Below are positions 38,556 to 52,100 of a stretch of 64,000 bases of DNA, piece by piece (the stretch's first letter is position 1; every line of letters begins with the position of its first letter). Source of the DNA: Chrysomallon squamiferum (Eukaryota > Animalia > Mollusca); assembly GCA_012295275.1 (NCBI GenBank), contig CM022670.1, positions 16,058,001 through 16,122,000 of the forward strand, given 5' to 3'. A program made the translations under genes and the position numbers. The notes under the pieces are model-generated. The model was not told where the DNA came from. It ran no database searches and was given only the letters and a program-made list of their open reading frames with translations.

Positions 38556-38800
38556 GAAAACAGTGAATTTCTGTTTATTGTCTTAAAATGTTCTCTTTAT
38601 TTGTTATTACTTTAAATTTTAGTTATTGTTTATTTTATTATTACTGATTAATTGAAAGTTGAAAAAAAAAATTAATTGATAATAACTCAGTGAGCAAGCA
38701 GAACATAATGATTTTTTTTTTTTCTTTTTTAAATAATGTACCAGACATGTTATCAGCAGTCTTACATATGCGTATTATGGGGAATTCCCTCCTTTCCCCC

Positions 38801-38803
<3 letters not shown>

Positions 38804-38846
<43 letters not shown>
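38804..38846. repeat. (CT)n microsatellite
   Basis: Direct dinucleotide run. Confidence 0.95.
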
Positions 38847-38848
<2 letters not shown>

Positions 38849-40313
38849 ATGAAAAGTGTACCTATTCCAATCTTTTAATGCTAAAGACTAAGTAAGGAAA
38901 ATATGAAAATTCGTTTTAATGATAAGATGCTTGTCACGTGTTTTCATATATCATCACTGCATAATAATGAAAGTAAACACTAAGAAACAGGTTGCAAATG
39001 CTGTGTACATTTTTGACCATTTAAAAGATACATTTCATTTATCATTTTATTTATTTATTTATTGTTGTTGTTGTTGTTATGTTACGTTAAATAAAGAATT
39101 ATATACATTCCACTTCATTTCTGGGAGTTAAGGTGGACACTTAAAGCTGTAACATAAAATTATACACTGTGCATGAACAAGAGGTTTAAATGTTTGAAAA
39201 CCTCTTTAACACAAACAAAAATTTCAAAAAAATACAATTCAATTTACACCTATTTTCAGCTGTTACTACTTTTATGTACGTATGTATATATATACAGAGA
39301 TATAGATTTTATTTTTTATTTATTTTTTTAACTTAGTGAATTTTTATAATTAAGCATGTTACATGTTAAGTTAGAGATGGCAAGTAAATGGGGTAGTAAA
39401 TTCTGAGATAAAAAAATTAAAGAATTATGTTAGCATACTGTGTTATTTTATTTTTATTACTCACTTATTTGAAGATATACACTAATTCTGAAAATATACC
39501 AAACTTGGTTCTGTACAGATATATTATTTGTATAACTAACAGTTTTCTATTTTATAACAGACTATTATGATTTGCTTAAAAAAAAAAAATAAAAAGAAGT
39601 AAAAGCATTTAAAATGAAAAACCACCCAAAACCCTGATAATCAATCCCTGAACTTTTGCACTTGAAACAGACTTGAACCAATAGAAATTAAAATAACTTT
39701 AATGAACATGTATATATATATGTAGACAATATATGCATATTTGTGTATATGTGTATGTTTGTATATATGGATGTTTGTGTATGTATGCATTTGTGTGTGT
39801 GTGTGTGTGTGTGTTGTATGTATGTATGGATGTTTGTAACTGTTAATGATAATATAATATGTATAATATATAACCATAATGTGTGTGTATGAATATATTT
39901 TTTACTGAAAACATTATGGTAATTAACTTTGAGTGTAAACTTGAAATACACACTTCAACTAGTGATGGATTAATATTGTAATAAGAGATGTTATTTTAAT
40001 ATCTGACATGCACTTGACCTTTAAAGAAAGACAAGTTGAGTTGATATTTTTAGAAGACCTAACTGAAAATGATATTAAATTTTTGACTAATGAAAAGTTT
40101 TCAATTAAATGTTCTCTAGCAGTCTAGAATACTAGAAAATTAAAAAAAAATAAAAATTGACTTAATGAAAATTATTTATTCTTTAGATGTCAAAATGATG
40201 AAAATTTTACATTTATATTTTCTTCTTTTTCTTAAAAAAAACAAAAACCCACAAAAGTTTAATAAATAAATTTGAAGTTGCATCAGATTATGAAAACTGT
40301 AGAAACACACACC

Positions 40314-40315
<2 letters not shown>

Positions 40316-40370
<55 letters not shown>
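40316..40370. repeat. (GA)n microsatellite
   Basis: Direct dinucleotide run. Confidence 0.95.
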
Positions 40371-40374
<4 letters not shown>

Positions 40375-43300
40375 AAACAACACTGGAACAAATTAACAAA
40401 TATATTTATTTTTCTTTTAGAAATTCACAATTAAACTTTTTACAGGTCAGTATATGTTTACAAATAGTCCAGTCTTTTGATGTGCAAATTTTGACATCAC
40501 AGCACAATCATGAACATACTTGGAGTTTTAACAGACAATGTAAATTTATTATCCATAGGCAAACAGTAGGCAGTGCATACATAAGGTCATTAAGTGCAAA
40601 TCACAGCAACCTTTCTGAACTTGATTCTTTGATTCAGTAAGTGCAGCATAATTACACACAGGCCACACAGAATGTCCATAAGATAGCAGCATTGGGGATT
40701 TTTTAATATTAATTTTTATTGTTACTTAATTTTATTTACATTGTTTCTTTATAACTGAATCACCATAAATCAATTTTATTTTCGTATTTTTACAATAAAA
40801 AATTAATGTATTTTTTAATAATTATATTCTTTGAATTTAAATGAAACTTTATTGCATACAAGTAATAGATATTACGTATATTTGTTTAAAAAGATTAATG
40901 GTTATTAATCTTATGTTAATTATAACTGTTATATTGTATTGCAAAAAATAACAAAAATCAATTTTTGTATTTTAATGGCAAATTGAAATAATAATAATTA
41001 AGCCAACAAATATTTAAACTTAACTAGTGATGCAAAATTTATTTATCTCAGTAACTTTTATTTATATGACCTTTTTAATGTCTTATAATTATCATCATCA
41101 TTATTTTTAATGAACCAAAAAATTTTAAAAAATTGAACCATTAAAAAAAATTTGAACCAAAAAAAAATTTGATATATATAAAGATTAATGACAAAGAAGT
41201 GTACTTTTGATGAATTTCATTGTTGTTACTGTTGTTTATGAAAAATGAATAGTGATAAAATAACATTAAATAAAATAATAATAATAATAATAATATAACT
41301 TTAGTTATGACAAGCTCAAAATCTGAGTAAATAAAATATGGTTTACAAAAATATTTATTAATACAAAAATTTGTATCAAACCACATTTGACAATTTAATC
41401 TTGAGGATTTCCAGAATTCTATAAAGTTTTAATAAAAAATAGAAATAATACATTTACAGTCCTACTTATCTGGACTAATTAAAGATCAGAAAATCTTTGA
41501 AAGGAATAATTATTTTCTGCTATCTTCCATACTGTTTCAATTCAACCATACAACTTTTTTTTTTACAGGCCATGCTTTCCATCTGTGGGAAAGTGTGTAT
41601 CAAAAAAAGTTATTGCTGCAGTCAATAAAATTAGCCTGTAGGCTGGTATTAGCCTATTTCCTTACTTATATCATAACTGTATAACAAAACTGGTAACAAT
41701 AACAGTTAGAAATACAAATATGTCAAATACCATTTCTTATATTCCTTTAACTACAAAAAGCATAAAATGGTAAGAAATTAAATTTTTAATAGGCAGTTTA
41801 CAATTTTTTTAAAAACATTTAACAGGCAGCTTTCAATTAAAAAAAAAAAGAAGAATATATTCATTTTACTTTAATGAAAGACAGATAAAATGAAATTATC
41901 ATTCTGATGAGTAGTGACCTCATGAACGAAGTATCAGTGTCAGTAAGTCAAACAATGAATGGAAAATAACTTCTAAATCAAGTTCAGATTCTATTTGCAT
42001 GAACCTGACGACCACAAAACAAAAGTTCTTTTCTAACAATGGGGGTGATTTTTTAAGCATGTTTACCTCTGTGTGACATTGTTCTGTTCACAACAGAAGC
42101 CATTGACAGTGTGTTTATAAAGAAATTCTTAGCTCTGTGCTTTACTTGGGGATAAATAAGTAAATACATTACAGAATTAGCACACTAGGTTGGATTGATC
42201 AAAAGTGTTTTGTGTTAAAAAATAATCCTGCCTCAACAGTAACAAGTGTTGTCGATTCCAGTACATACAATATACATACATACATACTTATAACTCATGT
42301 AATTACTTACACACATGCATACATGTATACATATATGTACAAATATAAATACACACTCATTTATATCATTAAAGATTAAATTGTTCAGTTTATTAAGTTT
42401 TGTATGTTATTAATATTAACTAACAAACAGTTTATAAATGTATGCAAAACTGAAGTTATTTTGAAATTTATATTCTTGTAGAGTTCTGATAAAAAAAAGT
42501 TTTCAAAAATGTATAAAGTTTTATAGCTATGGTTTATATATTCAAATTATTATTGTAATATTTAATTTATTTTTTTAAATAGTTATTTAGCAGCATGTTA
42601 AGCATATTTATACTAAAATTCTTTTAATATAGAATATTTCTAATCTACATTTTACAGTCATATATCAATTAAGTTAAACTGGTATAAAATCGTTCTAAAT
42701 TAATTTGATAAGAGAAGACAAATTCTTAACATAAATGTATGTCAAGGTTACATTCATTTGGCATGTCTCAACTATAATACTAAACGAAAGTAATAATTTA
42801 TTAATATTTTAATTATTATATAAAAACCTAGGTATTTGAAAATAACACCGATTAAGAAAGGAATCTAAATAATTTCTGTTACAGTTATTAAAACGAGTTG
42901 TGGACTTGTATCCAGGAAGAATGAAGGAAACAGAACAACACTTTGGGTGGGACCTACTTCTAACAACACAATTAAATCAGTTAAACATTTCCTCTATTTT
43001 TTCTCAAACTGTAAATCTGTCTAAAAAAATTACTGATAAACGACTGAGTCATTGGATGTACTTTCATACTGTTACCAAACTTCTTGGAAATTCTTTGACT
43101 ATTAGACCATAGCAAAAGCATATATTATGAATATGATACAAGCTGTCAATGCACAGGTGATGACTCACCGCTATGGTATACCACCCACACGACCTAGAAA
43201 ATACCCACCACCACTGTGTATACAGCAGTAACTTGTGAACAGTGAAGGCCAACACCAAATGACTGTACCACACATAATTGACTAATCTCATAAATAACAC

Positions 43301-44312
43301 AAAGAATGTTAAGGACGAATATCAGCCTTAAAAAAAAAAAAAAAAAAAAAAAATAAAAAAAATAAAAATAAAAGTCTTAAGGATTATTTAAAAAAGAAAC
43401 TATGAGAAACTTTCAGAACACACTTTAAAGTTTTTACATTGTACTTTTGATGTCAGGGAAAAAAAGTCTTTCTCCAGTGTTAACATTATGAATTATTTTG
43501 CCACATACATGTTTTTGAAGAAGAAAAATTGATAATTTCGTTTCATATTTTAGTACAATTTGTTGTCATATGCTTGATTGGATATTTAGTACTAAAGAGA
43601 TTTTCAGAATTAATGAGAATCATTTTTTTTTTTAATTTCTAGTCTGGCAAGTAGGATGTTAATAACTATTAATTGACCTATATAGTAATCATGTTTGGAG
43701 TATTGAATGTCCTCATAGCCAGTTAACATTCAGTAATTAGACTGTACTTGATCAAAAATGTGTCCTTAACAACATAAGTGAACCGTATTATGAAGTTCAG
43801 TAAACTTGTGTAATTTTTAGTTTTATGAATGAAAATTACATATTTGTTGTGTATTTATTCAGTCACTTCAAAGAGAATAGTCTTAATTATTTTAGACATA
43901 AAATGGAATTAATAGGAAATAATTAATTTAGTATGAATCTAGGACAAAACTGAAATTGTATCTGTTATATTAGTAATAATGTGTTTGTTACCTAATACTG
44001 ACTAAAAACAAATAATACAGAATATTATAAAAATGAGTTCTTACATTAATGCAAACCTTAGATTTTTAATTATGATGTCCATAAGTTATAATTATCTTGT
44101 GTTATAACTGGCTAAATGTTTGTATTCAAGGCTTAAAATGTTTTGTTTTTGTAACTTCTGTCATATGCAAATCCTGACAATCTTCCAGTCACAAACAACA
44201 CATCATTTTTCATTTCAATCAGTATACTGTTTGTGTGAAGAAAAAATTAGAGGTGTTTTGATGATTTAATAGTCACATATATCACCAGACCAGACAGGAA
44301 AAAAAAAGGAAC

Positions 44313-44331
44313 TGAGTCATGGGAATTCCCC
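44313..44331. promoter_or_regulatory. AP-1 + NF-kB composite element
   Basis: TGAGTCA-T-GGGAATTCCC-C: a perfect TRE 1 nt from a palindromic kB site. Confidence 0.55.
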
Positions 44332-45752
44332 CAGCTGATCATTTCCTAATGATACAGTTGATGAGGAAATACTTTTTTTAACTTTTTTTTTCTTCTTCAG
44401 ATTGTTGGTATTATCTTGACATTAAATCAGTACAACCTCTTATCTTTTTACAAACTGAGATAGTTATTTAAATTCAAGTTTTTCTAAAAGGCAAAAGACT
44501 ATTTTATTAATTAAAATGAATGTTTCTCTGATTGAATTGAATGGAACTGATGATTTTACATTTACATTTCTCTAACACAGGATAACTAATATCATGTTCT
44601 TTGATAGCAGCCATGATTTTATTTAATATTACATGTCAGTTTTAAAGAAGTTGTCTTTCTCATCTCCGTGTGCTGGTTTCCCATCTCTATTTTACAGTTC
44701 ACTGTTACTTCATATTTACTGCATTATGAAAACATTTCTTTATAAAATGTAGTTGTTAAGGCATACCCTCGGTATCACAAAGAAATATATTTTGTCACAT
44801 TTTCAAATGATTATATATGTTGTAATTGGACACCAAACTTTAAGAATAAAGTACAGTTTGAATATATTATATATATATATATATATATATAAGAATGTTT
44901 GGAAGCTGGTTGTATACAAAATAGGTTGATATTATTTTCTTCACATAACCCAGGGCATTCTTTAAATTTGATTTTATCAGCACAGCTGGATTAATATTAT
45001 CACAAATATGCTTGCACATGCACCGATATTCAAATACTCTTATCACACTAATCACTTTCAGTAACTTGAGTAAGGCTATAATTTAAAATGGAATTAAAAG
45101 GAGACAATTATGCTGTAATTCCAATTCCAGTATGAACAAATTTTTTGTTTATCTTTTCAATGTTTTTGATGCTTTTATAAAGTATCCAACACACTATTTC
45201 TGTGGTTGCAAGCTGATAAACATTCATTATTTATATATGTAATATAAAAGAAACAACACATTTCTTCGTTTGGAATGCCACAATTTATTATTTCATTACT
45301 TTATAACAAATGTGTATTCCAATCTTTTTTTAAATAACATATTTACATATCTACAAAAGGAAAAAATTCTGTTTTGTATAAAAAAATAATAAAATCCCTG
45401 ATAAAAAGTTTCAATATTGTTAGAAATAATTTAGTACAATCTGAGCAGTGCCTAGGAGGGGAGATAATCCACTGGCATCTGTTGACGTTAAATTCACAAC
45501 ATTAACAATTTTATAAAGATATATTTAGTCCATTTGTGTTAATAAAAAGTTGTAGAAAAATAAAGTTAAAAAATATTTCAGTAATATTCCCCAAATAGTT
45601 AAATCACAGTGGTATTTATTTCCAATTTAATGTTCATAATTTTCACATTATTCTTTTCAGTGAACTGTGATTTTAAAAACAAAATAATATATTTTAAACA
45701 TTAAGCTGTTTGATTTTATAATTACAAAATAACAAAATATAAATGTTTGCTT

Positions 45753-48700
45753 TCACATCTGTGCAATAAAATCATCAAAATGGTGATGGATACCAATGTA
45801 AGTTGCATTAACATCCATAGCAAAATGTTCAAATTTATTCCTCAGAGAGTCCCATTCAAAAGCTGAAAGAATGCCAACATTGTTACCACTGATGTCAAGT
45901 TCTTGTAAAGTTGGTTTATGATTAGGATCTGCATGAAGAAGTCGATCTGCAAAAGCTCTAAGGTCTTCACCTCTAAGATAATTATATCTAAAAAGAAAGA
46001 AAATAATAAATATATATTAAAAAAAAAATGTTTAAGTCCTGTAATTGTTTTTAATCACTCCAATAATAAAAATCTGACTAAAATCTCAGCATATGTAATC
46101 TTCACTGATATTTTTTTCAAAGCTAATGCAAAACTAATATTGAAAATTATACATTTACTTTCTATAAAACACAAAACAAACATTGTCAAAGGATAAAATT
46201 ATCACATTAAAGTCAAAACAACAAGAAAACTTTTGGCTTTTTAGCCAGTTTATCCAAAGATGGATTCATTCACTAGCTTCAGACAATGAGATAGCTAATG
46301 ATTTTTAATTATCTTCCCTATTTATGACATACTATATCAAACAAACTAAAATTAGAGTTATTGTCAAGTTGTTAAAGCACACCTATATGTTTTCAGTGCT
46401 GAATTTTTAAAATAAAAACAACATACCCTACATTAAGCTTCTGCAGTTTGTTTTCAGTTGTAAAAATCTTCTCAAGAAATGGCAGCAAAAATATACCTGA
46501 AATAAAAAATATGTGATTACTAGTGGATATAACCAATATACTTTAGTGGGTATATGTGAAAAACAATATCTTAATGAAAATTACTTAAAAAATATTAACT
46601 GGATACATACATAAATACACATAACATTATATTATAATAGTTTTGAGTAAATTGTTTCAGCTCTCTTCATAAGGTTAAATATATTTACATTCAATCATAT
46701 ATTGATATTTTAAATTAAATTTATTATCAAATGCAGGTATAAATTTTTTTTTTAAATATATATTTAAGAATGGAATTCCTAAATATCACTAAAACAGTCT
46801 TCGTAATATTATGTGGCAAATAAAATATCAAGATAATCAGATGGAACTGGTAAAAAATGCAGTTCTTACCAAATCTGTTGTTACCCAAGTTGAGTGTATG
46901 AAGAACTGGGTGACTGACGACCGCTGAGATAAAGGAAGTATTCGTAACTGAAAATACAAATTTATTTAGTTAAAGGAATATTTGTTAACACTTTACTATG
47001 AATGTAAATTATTAGAGGGTACGTTTTTATGTGTATGATGATGGTGAGCTGCTGTTATTTACTTACGTCATGGGAGTTTTATATGTGCCTTCACACAGAC
47101 AGTAGAAGATGCATTGACAAATTAGTCCTGCTTATTGCTGTGTGTAGTATACTGAAATGCACACATGCAGAAACACTCTAGTGTATTCATCCATGTGTGA
47201 AGTAATGTCAGGTGAAGTGTTGCACTGCATGATAATGTATAATGAAATAAAATCTACTCTGACAGTGTGTTCTAGTACACCAGAAACTATTTGTAGATGT
47301 TTTCATCATAATGTTCATAATTTTTATGAAGAAATATCCTTTCTCAAATGCTCTGAATTTGATTAAAAACTGTTGAATTTTTTTAAAGTGTTTCAATTTT
47401 TTTTGAAATAAATACTAAACTGAAGTTGCAAATTTAATTATATGGCATTTACTTGTTAAATATATTTTTCAGTACAAAGAAAAATAATTAAAATTTTCTA
47501 TTCAAAACAAATACAAAGCCTTTTCATATCAGTAGATACCTTTTATGCTTTAATTGTATTTAAATCATATTACTTAATGTTTACTGAACAAATTTCACAA
47601 TAAAATTCAGATAAATTAATAATTCCTGTTATTAGATGTAACTTTAGAATATTCTGCATTTGAAAAACAAGAGTAACAAGAAAAATATAAACTTTGTAAA
47701 AGTTACTCCATTTGTTAATAAACCTTCAACAGAACTGATAAAATTCTGATGCTAAGAATCTAATTATTGACTGTTACTATTTTTTTTTTCTCAGAAATAT
47801 TTCACAAAGGCTAATACAAACCTAAAGATCCAGGAAGCCCACATCTAGACATGGACAGAATTTTCAGTGTTTTCATATTTAACACCAACATACAAACAAC
47901 CTCATCAATGGTGGTGGCCACACCATCTCTGTTGTTGTCATCTAGATAAAGTTCATCTACGTTGTCACTGCCTGTATTAACAAAGAATATCATACGGTCA
48001 GATAATTTTTAAATTTTTTTTTTATTTAATATTCAGTTTTATTTATTTCAGTTGAATAATCATATCTATTTTCTTTTTAACAGTTTATAAGAACAGATGA
48101 AAGTATTCAAACAGCAAGTACTTTATCATCATTGATATCTAAATAGTTTTGTTTGTGGTCATTTCAGGTTGTTTCCTTGCTGTTACAGTACTGAGTTTTG
48201 TTTTTGGTAATGAAAGTAATTTTGTCTGTTTGACAACCAACCTCTGATTATGAGGGTTTCAAGCAGACTGACAACTTGGCCACCTGTGAGACCACAGTAG
48301 GCAAAATTCAAAATTCTCAGTGCTTTGTCCTTGCTGATGAAGTGAAGCACAGACTCAAATGAAGTTTGGCTAAATGTGTTTGATCCCAAATCAAGAGAAA
48401 CAACAGCATAAAGATTTGCTGAAAAAAAAAAAAAAATAATAATAATAATAATTTTTTAAAATTCTTAAAATTAATAGCAAAATAAATATTAAAAATGATA
48501 ATGATATCAACAGAACTAATTTAATGCATATTTAAAATCTATGTTTATTGAAATCCTTCAAAATATAAATATTAAAACTTACATTTTTTTAAATCCATTT
48601 TTTTTTGTTTTGTTGGAGGAAATGCAAAATTACTATTTCTTATAGGATATATAGCTAAATTCTTTTTTATTACTTTGAAAAACATCACTTGTATTTGAAA

Positions 48701-49116
48701 TATCTATCATAGGAGAAATAAGATTTAAAACCCCCAGAAAAAACAACCATATTGATTATTACATACTATCATAACTACTATCATAACTATTACACAATAC
48801 TAGTAGATTATTTAGCACTAAGAGATCACCTGTATACAGACTAGTTTAATACATTATTTAAAAGTGAGAGATTCTACCTGTAATGTTCAGTTCAAACAGC
48901 TCCACTGGTCTGGCCATGTTCAGAAGAAGTTGCTGCATTGGCTGAAACTCTGCTGATGATGATCCTGAAATTCTAAAGGAAAAAAAAAAATAATAATAAA
49001 AAAATATATTTTTTTTTAAAATAATAAAAATAAAATATATAATGAAAAAAAAATTCTAATGAAATTTATCCATTTCCTTTATGGATTAAATATGTATAAC
49101 AATAATGATAACATTT

Positions 49117-49151
<35 letters not shown>

Positions 49152-52100
49152 ATTTCCATGACAAACCATATCTGATACAAGAAAATTTTAATTATTCAGA
49201 GAAAAACAACAATAGCAAACAATGCAATTTCACATTAACTTTTTAAAACATAAAATATACTTTAAAAAATATTTAAAGTAAGAATAAGTCTGATAATTCC
49301 CAGATCATTTAATTAATTCAAATGATTTAAAACCACTGCGAGAAGGTTATATTTTATCTGTTCATGTAAAGACTCCAACATTAGCTTGTACCCATAAGTG
49401 TAGGCCAAAGCAAGGACTTGAAACAGTCTTCCAAATCCATCAATGCCTATATCAGCCATATCTAAAACTAGATGTGTTAGCTGATGCTGTTGAAGTAAAA
49501 CCAGTATACACTCAAAAGCTTTGGACCAAACATCTGCAATTAAAAAAAATATATATGTATATATATATATTTATAAATAATTGCTTAATGAAGTTAGAAA
49601 ACAACCTTTAACCCTCTGTATCCCAAATTTCCAAATGAAACATCAAAAATAATAACAACTGCCTTCAAATTGGGGGCCACTAATGTTTTTTTATTTTAAC
49701 TGCTCCAAAATACAACTGATGTTTTAAATAAAATACATGCTTTGTCAAAAGGTAAAGAATAAAAAGAAATCTTGTTTTATTATTTTAAAAGATATTTTTA
49801 CGATTCCACTGTTAAGACATGCTTACAAAGATATCTGTTAAAGAAACAAACCCATCACTGACACAAGAGCCAGTTTTCTTAAAGACTTCCACCCAGGCAG
49901 GAACTGAGACAGCATGTGACCGACATCAAGTCGATGAGTGGCATTCAGAGCAAACGCTTCTAACTTTGTCTCACACACCATTCTCTGAGCTGTACAGTGA
50001 GTTTTAAAATAATTATCAAACACAGTGAAACATACATGCACCTTTATACTAAAACAAACTAATATTGATATATATATTTACCTAGACTAATTACATTTCT
50101 GCCAGTGTTTAAACATTATACTGATACTTCAAACAAAAACAAAAATACTAAACAAACCTCAACTAATTAAAATAAATAAATAAATAAAAAATTACCTTTA
50201 CAGTATTTTGGCAGAAATTTATCAAACTATTCCGAACTGTAAATAATGTGTCTATTATTGTTTATCATCAGATATATCTGATTTACATTAATTTAAATGA
50301 TCCTTTGACTTTGGATTAAAAGAAATGTATAATATATATTTTATTTTTAAATATTAAAATTTTGAGAAGTAACAATATATTAGTAATATAAATTTTAGAG
50401 TATTAAAGCAAATTAAAGATATTTATCTAAGAATGAACAAAGAAAAGCATTTTAATAGGAATACATACTACAAATTGACTTTGTGAATTGATTGCACAAA
50501 TTACACTGGCATTTAAAACTTCTGAAAGATCGTGACAAATCTGTACAAACACAAGGTGCTGATGACATCAGAGACAAGGGTGCAAGTATGGGTCTTCTTG
50601 GCATGGTAATGGCTTCATCGAAAAGATCAAATTCATCTGCACCAGTTTCTGTTCGAATGCGTTCCGATTCACTTGTCTGCAGTCTGACAGATGTAGAATG
50701 AGACTGACCTTCACTGCTGTTATCCTTATGTTCTGATCCTTCTCCTGGCTGTATATTTTTTAAACTAGATGTTTTAGGGGAATCTGTTGTGGATGATGTT
50801 GATGCTTCTGGAATAACATCCATTGATTTTCTTCGCTTGTTTTTGTCACCGTTGTTGCTACCTGACGGAGATACACTGTTGTCTCTGGTTACATCATTAT
50901 CTGTTTTGTATGAAGATATGAGATTTAAACCAACAGTGCTTTGTGCAGAAGTATGTGACTGTCCCACAGCCCCGCAAATCAAACACATCAATTCTGTTAA
51001 ACTCTCCTCGGAAACAAGAATGTTTTTCAGTGAAATATGCAGCAGACTTCCCACATTAATCACAGAACGAAGGAACGTAACAATATGAGGAAAACTAGAA
51101 ATACTGATGGTCTGTATGGTTAAATTTTTTAAATGTTCTATAAAAATTTGTTGGAGTTCTTTGTTGGTGTTGACATATTCAAACTCACTGCCTTGTAAAG
51201 TTAGAGTGGTACAAAATGCAGCTGTTTTCAGAAGGTCCCGCTGCAGTTCTGATGGGTCCTCGACTGTCAAAAATCTGCCAGCCGCAATGTTTCTTAAAAT
51301 CCACTGTTCCTGCTGTGAATGGAATGTAAGAACATCAAGCTGATTCGTAGGGATGTGATTTGTTGACCCATCTGAAATTTTTTTAAAAACATTATATATA
51401 TATTATATTTAGCCTTTGTTTCAACTTTAAAAACAAAAATCTAATTCAAAATCTGCCAAAGGTTTGCCATGGTCAACAACATACCACAGATTTACATTCA
51501 CAGATAAAGAACCATCTTGGCACACAGTAAAACTGTTTACAATAGTTTAATGTAATTTATTATAAAATATATTTTATTTATTTATATGTAATTACATGAT
51601 TTACATTAAATCAGACAACTGATATTCTTAATTTTACTAACATGAATTTTACCTATCAATAACAGAGAAATCATATATAAAAATACAGAATGTATAACTA
51701 TTCCATTTTCAGTGTGATTAATAACTTACATTTGAAATTTCTGACACAAGCACTTAGATTGAGTAAAAACTGGCGACTGTAGTAGAAGGTTTTGAAATCA
51801 GGGTAAATTCTCTGCTGAAACAAATCCACTGAAAGTGGCTGCAAAGTACCTAACAGGTTGCTCCATCTCAGAGAACACAATCTTTTCCATGCTAACTCCA
51901 CATCAATTCCTAAACACAGAATTAAGTAAAAAAATTAAGTGCAAAATATTGTAACACTATATGGAAACATTAATAGTCATGCGCCTGAATTATTAATGTC
52001 ACCTTATAACTTGTTCAAATTGAGAAGTGTGGGATTTTCAGTGACTTAAATAGACTGGAGGATTAATTCAGAATTAAATAAACAAAACAGAGAAATCATA

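Noticed and set aside
39641-40640. ORFs with HTHT, RERE and SLSL runs
   Set aside because: Microsatellite translations.
41900-42120. Cluster of Sox-like AACAATG/CATTGTT sites, a Runx-like site and a possible C/D box start
   Set aside because: The motifs are common in AT-rich DNA; no terminal stem or guide sequence for a snoRNA was found.
50492-51343. Plus-strand ORFs opposite the large LRRC41 exon
   Set aside because: Antisense shadows of the 903-nt coding exon.
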